Below, in pieces: positions 7,753-13,071 of a stretch of 24,000 nucleotides of DNA. A program made the position numbers and the translations under genes. This DNA is from Stenotrophomonas maltophilia ATCC 19867 (GTDB lineage: Bacteria > Pseudomonadota > Gammaproteobacteria > Xanthomonadales > Xanthomonadaceae). Under the pieces are notes generated by a model, which was given only the letters and a program-made list of their open reading frames with translations, had not been told where the DNA came from and did not search any database. The DNA lies in assembly GCF_000382065.1 (NCBI RefSeq), contig NZ_KB907503.1:98682-122681 (forward strand), written 5' to 3'. Within the stretch, counting starts at the first letter, position 1. The number at the start of each line of letters is the position of its first letter.

Positions 7753-8670
7753 ATGCCATATCGTCGCGCTACCGCAGCATGGAGCCATTTGGACGCCAAG
7801 GAGGGCAGCTACGCGCTACTGAATGGCGACTGCGTTGACCTGCTCCGAGCCCTGCCTGACGAATCCGTTTCGTTGGTCGCGACCTCCCCCCCATATTGCA
7901 TGGGGAAAGAGTATGAGGCGGGGAACACCATCGATGACTTTATTCTCGCCCACGACAAGATCCTTCCGGAAATACTTCGGGTGGTGAAGCCCGGCGGAAG
8001 CATCTGCTGGCAGGTGGGTTATCACGTCGACAACAGTCAGGTCATGCCACTTGACTACCTTGTCATGGATGCGATGCGCAAGCTCGCCGATCCCCCGGTC
8101 CTACGCAATCGAATCATCTGGACGTTCGGCCATGGCTACCATTGCGAGCGCAGGTTCAGCGGCAGACACGAGACCATTCTTTGGTACACCAAGGGTGGCA
8201 GCTATCCCTTTGATCTGGACTCGGTGCGTGTCCCTCAGCTTTATCCAGGGAAGACTGCGAACAAGGGGCCGCTGAAGGGACTTCCAAGTGGCAACCCCCT
8301 GGGCAAGAATCCTGGCGACGTCTGGGACATTCCCAACGTCAAGTGGAATCACGTTGAGAAGCTGGATCATCCGTGTCAGTTCCCCGTCGCGCTGATCAGC
8401 AGACTGGTGAACTCCATGACGCTGCCCGGAGACATCGTGCTGGATCCGTTTGCAGGTGTTGCGACCACGGGCGTCGCCTCACTCCTTGCCGGCCGCCGAT
8501 TCATCGGGGCCGAGCTGGACAGCAAGTACGCCGACATTGCGGACAAGCGGCTGAGAGAGGCCGTCGAGGGAACGGTGCGCGTCCGGGAAGACAAGCCCGT
8601 TCAGCCCCCGAGCCCCCGCAGCAAGCTTGCGATCAGGCCCGACAACTTTAAGAACTTCGATGCGCTTTGA
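7753..8670 (+). CDS. Beta-class (motif IV before motif I) N4-cytosine/N6-adenine DNA methyltransferase
   Basis: Motif IV VATSPPY (SPPY codons 7885-7896) is N-terminal. Motif I VLDPFAGVATTGVASLLAGRRFIGAELD is C-terminal. This is the N6_N4_Mtase architecture of M.PvuII/M.RsrI type. SPPY rather than DPPY leans towards N4-cytosine, but specificity cannot be read from sequence. Confidence 0.9.
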   Translation: MPYRRATAAWSHLDAKEGSYALLNGDCVDLLRALPDESVSLVATSPPYCMGKEYEAGNTIDDFILAHDKILPEILRVVKPGGSICWQVGYHVDNSQVMPLDYLVMDAMRKLADPPVLRNRIIWTFGHGYHCERRFSGRHETILWYTKGGSYPFDLDSVRVPQLYPGKTANKGPLKGLPSGNPLGKNPGDVWDIPNVKWNHVEKLDHPCQFPVALISRLVNSMTLPGDIVLDPFAGVATTGVASLLAGRRFIGAELDSKYADIADKRLREAVEGTVRVREDKPVQPPSPRSKLAIRPDNFKNFDAL

Positions 8671-8858
8671 TCTGCTGCTGCTTTGCACGGTGGCCCTGCA
8701 GCGGCCATCCTGAGGCCCCTCCTGGAGCAGTAGGCTAAGCCAGATGCTTGTCACTCTGGCCGCGGGTACCGCAGCCCGTCCTCGGTCGGAGTTCCAACGC
8801 CAGCCGCCGATTCGAATTGGGGGTAGCATGGAGTTCTGCTTCCCAAGAGCCGAAGAAC

Positions 8859-9266
8859 ATGAGCAGACCAATTGCTGCGCCCGATGGCGAGCTTGCAGGA
8901 CCTGCCTTGCGAGCCTTCACTCAGATTGCCGAGGCCTGGTCCCTGACAGAGCTGGAGCAGTGGGCGATTCTCGGTCAACCAGTGGACGCCGCCTTCGCGG
9001 TGATCGACGCTGGCGATGTGGACGACCTCTGGCCGGACACTCTTGAAAGAGTGAGCTACGTGCTCGGCATCTATCGTGCGCTGCACACGATCTTTTCCGA
9101 TCCAGAGCAAGCAGATTCTTGGGTGCGCCGCCCCAACGCCGCCCCCGCGTTCAACGGTTCAACAGCGCTGGCGCTCATGTCTAGCGGCAGGCTCAGCGAC
9201 CTTGCGTCGGTGCGACAACACTTGGAGGCTGGCGGATGGATCAATCCTGAGGCACCAGCCACTTAG
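8859..9266 (+). CDS. DUF2384 / Xre-MbcA-ParS-type antitoxin-like protein (toxin-binding domain), orphan
   Basis: AEAWSLTELEQWAILGQP...LERVSYVLGIYRALHTIFSDPEQADSWVRRPNAAPAFNGSTALALMSSGRLSDLASVRQHLEAGG follows the DUF2384 pattern (eRl..l..i...l..lf.....a..Wl..pn..l.g.tPl.l......G...v...L). Start set at ATG 8859; the ORF is open from 8748. Confidence 0.72.
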   Translation: MSRPIAAPDGELAGPALRAFTQIAEAWSLTELEQWAILGQPVDAAFAVIDAGDVDDLWPDTLERVSYVLGIYRALHTIFSDPEQADSWVRRPNAAPAFNGSTALALMSSGRLSDLASVRQHLEAGGWINPEAPAT

Positions 9267-9323
9267 CGATATCGCGCGAAGCAAGAACCTGTGCTGGAGC
9301 CAGTTTGCCACCCTTCTTTGAAG

Positions 9324-9343
9324 TCGAGAGCTAGAGCTCTCGA
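9324..9343. terminator. Hairpin between convergent genes (possible bidirectional terminator)
   Basis: TCGAGAGCT (9324-9332) / AGCTCTCGA (9335-9343), a 9-bp inverted repeat. It lies in the 107-bp gap between the DUF2384 gene end (9266) and the HEPN gene end (9374). There is no clear U-tract on either strand. Confidence 0.4.
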
Positions 9344-9373
9344 TCCTCAAGTGCGGATTGGCCGAACTGCGAA

Positions 9374-10735
9374 CTATGCCCGCTGGTTCTTCGCCGGTAG
9401 CAGAGGCACACCCCGATCCAGCAATTCATCCAGGAAGGCATCGCGCACCAATGCCTGGTCGGACTGGTTGGCCAACACCAGGCTATCAACCACGCGCCTG
9501 GCAAGCGTACGGGCCCGAACTCGCAGAAGGGCCGGGATCGCCTGCATCGATCTACCGTGCAAGAACTCGCTGCGCAGCTCGAACAGCTCCCTGTAGTCGG
9601 AGGTGGCCTGCTCATCGAGCAGCGCCACCAAACGAGCGCACACTCTTTCAGTCGCCCCAAGCTTATCGTGAGTGCCGACGCCCGAGCTGGACTTACGCTT
9701 GTAGTCCAACGGCAGGCCGAGCGCCGCCTCGATGGCAAGAAGATGAGACATGAATTCGTCGATGCCATCAGTCAAGAAGGCACGGCAGAAAAAGTGGGCT
9801 ACAGGTGTCTGGAACAGCTGCAGCTGAGGCAACTGTGCGATCGCCTGGGCGCGGCCCGCGAAATGTTCGGTAAGAGCGTCCGCCGATCCATCTCTCAGCC
9901 ACATTGCAACGGGCTGAGAGATGTCGACCGATCGACCTTCCGCGTCATGGGCGATCCGATCCTCCCAAGTGAGGGTATCCGAGCTGGGCGGCCGCTTCAT
10001 GGTGGAGAACAGATCATGGTCCACCGAGTACAACCAGGGAATCTGCATCCCACGCCATTCAATGTGTGGCGCATCTGACCAAATTTCCCACGGTGCCAGC
10101 GCTAGCCAGAACAGTGCCGTCTCAACGGCCTCCGGATACTTTCCTCGATGAGGTTCGATGCGCCCATAGTCCTGTTTCGGATCGAACGAGAATCGGAACA
10201 GCTCTCGGCCTTCAGGGCCACGACGGATCGACACTTGTTCCCTCACGACCAGCCATTGAAACTGGGAGAACTCGTCAAGGTCAAAGCTCTTCCCTGGATG
10301 GACTCTCTCCATGCGATCAAGGTCAACAAGCTCGGCAAGCTCGTCCTTGGTCAATCTGCCAACCACCGCATTACCGAAACACGCCATTGGAAGGCCGTCT
10401 GCAAGATCCAGAGGCATCAGATGGACTCGCGTGAAGCAGGTTGCTTCCAGCGCGGCCTGTAGCCGTTCCGCAGCCTCCCTTGCCGTCATCGCCAAGTGCT
10501 TCTTGGATTCAGGCAACCCACACGGCAGACCAAGGCCGGCCAGCGCACAGGACATGGATATGCCACCGAAGAATCTCCGCGCGTCTGCAGAGTAGGGCTC
10601 AATCGCGTCCACCAGCTGTGCGTAGAGGGGGGTCTCTGTCAGATTCTTCCACGCGGAGTCGGGAAGCTGCCAGAGCGCCTCCATTGCACCTACGAGTTGT
10701 GAGGAGGGAGCCCCGGCCACCGAGCTGCTGATCAT
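9374..10735 (-). CDS. Protein with uncharacterised ~300-aa N-terminal region and C-terminal HEPN-like domain (R-x4-H)
   Basis: 453 aa. The C-terminal segment FFCRAFLTDGIDEFMSHLLAIEAALGL...YRELFELRSEFLHGR carries R388-x4-H393 (codons 9572-9574 and 9557-9559), the HEPN RNase signature, after an LE-A-L helix typical of Abi/Apea-like HEPN domains. The ATG overlaps the TIR gene stop (ATGA). Confidence 0.68.
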   Translation of the reverse strand: MISSSVAGAPSSQLVGAMEALWQLPDSAWKNLTETPLYAQLVDAIEPYSADARRFFGGISMSCALAGLGLPCGLPESKKHLAMTAREAAERLQAALEATCFTRVHLMPLDLADGLPMACFGNAVVGRLTKDELAELVDLDRMERVHPGKSFDLDEFSQFQWLVVREQVSIRRGPEGRELFRFSFDPKQDYGRIEPHRGKYPEAVETALFWLALAPWEIWSDAPHIEWRGMQIPWLYSVDHDLFSTMKRPPSSDTLTWEDRIAHDAEGRSVDISQPVAMWLRDGSADALTEHFAGRAQAIAQLPQLQLFQTPVAHFFCRAFLTDGIDEFMSHLLAIEAALGLPLDYKRKSSSGVGTHDKLGATERVCARLVALLDEQATSDYRELFELRSEFLHGRSMQAIPALLRVRARTLARRVVDSLVLANQSDQALVRDAFLDELLDRGVPLLPAKNQRA

Positions 10736-11841
10736 ATCTTCAGCCTCCGCAGCAACTTCTCCAGTCCTTCCTCATACTTCTCCGCGCTGGAGAAGTCGGC
10801 GTAGAGCTTCCCTTGCAAGAAAGCAGGGATATCGCAATCCTCGAAGAGCATGGGCAGGACAACGACTTCGCCGCTACTGATCTCGCGGTTCATGGCCACA
10901 TCAAGCTCTTTCTTGACCCAAGGCGCAGCGATCGACTTCTGCGACAGGACTACACCGACGTATCGGCTCATTACCATTCCCTCGTCAATCTTTGCGATCA
11001 GCGAGTCACCCACTTGTATCTCGGCTTCATCCAGCCAGACCTTTGGCACGCCTCTTTCCATCAGGTCACGCCTGAGCTTCCTGACGAACGGCTTGTCGGC
11101 ACTGGTATGGCTAAGGAATATCCCATGGTACCTGGGGGCTTCTGGCTCCGCCTTGCTCACGGCCAGAGCGCCCAAGATGAGACGGTTGGTCGCTTCCTGC
11201 GTCAACGGCGGAGTTATCAACCATCCTGTGGTTGCACCGATCTCAACTCTGGCTCCAATTTGGTAACCCTCCGGCGTCGCCGCAATCGTAGTCAAGCCCG
11301 GTTGATCGTTCTCCAGCGCGATCCTCCAGCCGCCGAGAGTGGCCAAGTCCCCGAAGTAGGAGGCGAAGGGCGTATCGGGATCTATGAAACCCACTCGCCT
11401 TCCCTTCTTGATTATCTGACCCCCACGCCGAATCGCGGCTGTCATCGCCGGCGCCAGATACCCCAGGCTCGTCTCTCGATAGCCGAAGAAGTTCATTCGC
11501 CGTGGCTCGGCCATGCACCAGACCACGGTCGCACCCACGGCCATGGCGGCCTCCAGCTCGTTCTGGCGGTCCACACTGTCAAAGACGTTGTCCAGATCAT
11601 GCTCTCTGTCGTCCGCTTTCAGCTCCAGAAGCTCCTGATCTGAGCCAGAGTGCACGCCCTCTTTGCCGAACAGGAAGTGGCTGTAGCTCTGTGGATTGAT
11701 AACGATGACGTCATACTCATAGAGCGGGTACGCAGCCCTGGCCTCATCGATGTCTGATCGGCAAAGTCCGAGTTGCTCGAACTCCACACCTTCAATCGGG
11801 GTGCCGGTGTATTGCATACCGACAGTCAGCACTCTCTTCAT
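10732..11841 (-). CDS. TIR-domain protein with an uncharacterised ~235-aa N-terminal alpha/beta domain
   Basis: 369 aa. Residues ~238-369 (approx. 10735-11130), YHGIFLSHTSADKPFVRKLRRDLMERGVPKVWLDEAEIQVGDSLIAKIDEGMVMSRYVGVVLSQKSIAAPWVKKELDVAM, match bacterial TIR_2. This includes the W...E glutamate (E312, 10906-10908). A strong SD (AAGGAGAG) lies 5 nt upstream of the ATG at 11841. Confidence 0.87.
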   Translation of the reverse strand: MKRVLTVGMQYTGTPIEGVEFEQLGLCRSDIDEARAAYPLYEYDVIVINPQSYSHFLFGKEGVHSGSDQELLELKADDREHDLDNVFDSVDRQNELEAAMAVGATVVWCMAEPRRMNFFGYRETSLGYLAPAMTAAIRRGGQIIKKGRRVGFIDPDTPFASYFGDLATLGGWRIALENDQPGLTTIAATPEGYQIGARVEIGATTGWLITPPLTQEATNRLILGALAVSKAEPEAPRYHGIFLSHTSADKPFVRKLRRDLMERGVPKVWLDEAEIQVGDSLIAKIDEGMVMSRYVGVVLSQKSIAAPWVKKELDVAMNREISSGEVVVLPMLFEDCDIPAFLQGKLYADFSSAEKYEEGLEKLLRRLKI

Positions 11842-12144
11842 GGGTTCTCTCCTTGCTCACCATTGTTCGTCGGTCACCGACGATCCACGCTGTTCCGCCC
11901 TACCCATCCGCACTGTTGCGAAGGGAACGTTGAAATTGCTGTTGCAGAGCAACTCTGGAACTGCCGCTTTCAGGGCCACCATGAATACAACAAGCTCCAT
12001 CGCAACCTAGAGGTCAGATCCCGATGCGGCGGCTGACCGGCGATCCGACTGAGGTGTGGACGATCTTGGCTGGAGGGTCATCTGCGTGGCAAGCGGCGCG
12101 ACACCCAGTCGCTCCAGGCGCCTCTCATGCGCCCAATGTGCCTT

Positions 12145-12194
12145 CCCCATCCCCATCCCCATGCTCCTTGCAACTTGCAACTTGCAACTTGCAG
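12145..12194. repeat. Adjacent short tandem repeats: (CCCCAT)x3 then (CTTGCAA)x3 plus CTTGCAG
   Basis: CCCCAT at 12145-12150, 12151-12156 and 12157-12162. CTTGCAA at 12167-12173, 12174-12180 and 12181-12187, followed by CTTGCAG at 12188-12194. Each heptamer contains the palindrome TTGCAA. Confidence 0.9.
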
Positions 12195-12543
12195 TTGAGG
12201 ATCATTCTCAAAGTTGCGCAATTGACACTTTTGCTCGCATCCGAGGGGCCTTGTCGGGGGAGCGAGCCGCTCGCGGGGATTGCCCCGCCCGGGGCGCTTG
12301 AATGCCAGGTTGTACGCCCCGCTCGGGACCCTTCACATTGGTCCTTTCACGTCCGATTGTGCTTGTAAATAGCATGCTTGCTTCATGTCCTACAGCCGTC
12401 CCGGCTGCCCTCCCCCCCTTCCCAGCCGGGGTAGACCGCCATGGCTGGCGACCTGCCACAGCCGGTCTCAGTCTGGGAGATGGGGGCATGTTGTACTTGC
12501 AATGAAAACCGGGTGCTACAATTTCCAAACGATGGGGACCGTC

Positions 12544-13071
12544 ATGACGACAATGTGGAAAGAACCTGAAGCACTGGGCTGGAACCGTGCCGAGGTGTCT
12601 GCGCTTGCCTCCGATGCGGTGAAGGAACTGGGCTTCTCCCCTGGGCAGCCCATTGAGCCAATCGTCCATCAGCTCGGCGGTAAGATCGTCTACGGCGAAC
12701 TCATCGAGGATGAGTCGGATTCTGGCTCGATTCGCATCGAGAACGGCAAGTTCACCATCAACATCCCCTTCAACACGAGTCCCCTGCGCGATCGATTCAC
12801 CATCGCCCATGAGATAGGTCACTTTGTTTTGCACTACCTGGTGCAGAACAAGATGAACAAGAAGAACATCACGCACCTGCGCGCTCAGCGGTATGGAAAG
12901 GACCAACCTGAGATCGAGGCCAACTGGTTCGCTGCTGCATTCCTGATGCCCAGCGATACCTTCCGCAGGGTCTACCAAGAACTTGGGAAGGACACGCTGA
13001 AGGTAGCGGAGTACTTCAAGGTTTCGCCCAGCGCAGCGAGCGTGAGGGCCCAGTCTCTCGGCCTTTCCTAA
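12544..13071 (+). CDS. ImmA/IrrE-family (M78, COG2856-like) zinc metallopeptidase
   Basis: FTIAHEIGHFVLH (HEIGH codons 12808-12822) is followed by PEIEANWFAAAFLMP, the HExxH...E.EAN.FA..fLmP signature of ImmA/IrrE peptidases. Start is uncertain: ATGs at 12502, 12532, 12544 and 12553. 12544 has GGGGA 5 nt upstream, and TACAAT lies at 12517-12522. Confidence 0.85.
   Translation: MTTMWKEPEALGWNRAEVSALASDAVKELGFSPGQPIEPIVHQLGGKIVYGELIEDESDSGSIRIENGKFTINIPFNTSPLRDRFTIAHEIGHFVLHYLVQNKMNKKNITHLRAQRYGKDQPEIEANWFAAAFLMPSDTFRRVYQELGKDTLKVAEYFKVSPSAASVRAQSLGLS

Noticed and set aside
9267-9373. Hidden RES-toxin gene downstream of the DUF2384 antitoxin-like gene
   Set aside because: Only 107 bp are available before the convergent HEPN gene ends. 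The interval is occupied by a hairpin, so no ORF of toxin size can fit.
9557-11643. Antisense ORFs 9557..10078 (173 aa) and 10813..11643 (276 aa) opposite the HEPN and TIR genes
   Set aside because: The sense-strand genes have clear domain signatures and a coupled start/stop. The antisense translations are Arg/Pro/His-rich with no recognisable pattern.
9374-11841. Classifying the TIR operon as canonical Thoeris
   Set aside because: No SIR2-SLOG or TM-Macro ThsA-like gene is present. The partner carries a HEPN-type R-x4-H motif instead, so it does not fit described Thoeris types.
12145-12194. Tandem repeats as a CRISPR array or mini-satellite-encoded peptide
   Set aside because: The units are 6-7 bp with no spacers, far too short for CRISPR. 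The ORFs crossing them are implausible. A regulatory or phase-variable role is more likely.
12024-12978. ORFs 12024..12368 (+), 12056..12301 (+) and 12208..12978 (-) in and around the repeat-bearing spacer
   Set aside because: The plus-strand ones read straight through the tandem repeats and GC-rich palindromes, giving low-complexity Pro/Ser/Ala/Cys sequence. The minus-strand one is mostly antisense to the ImmA-like gene. None has an SD or a domain motif.
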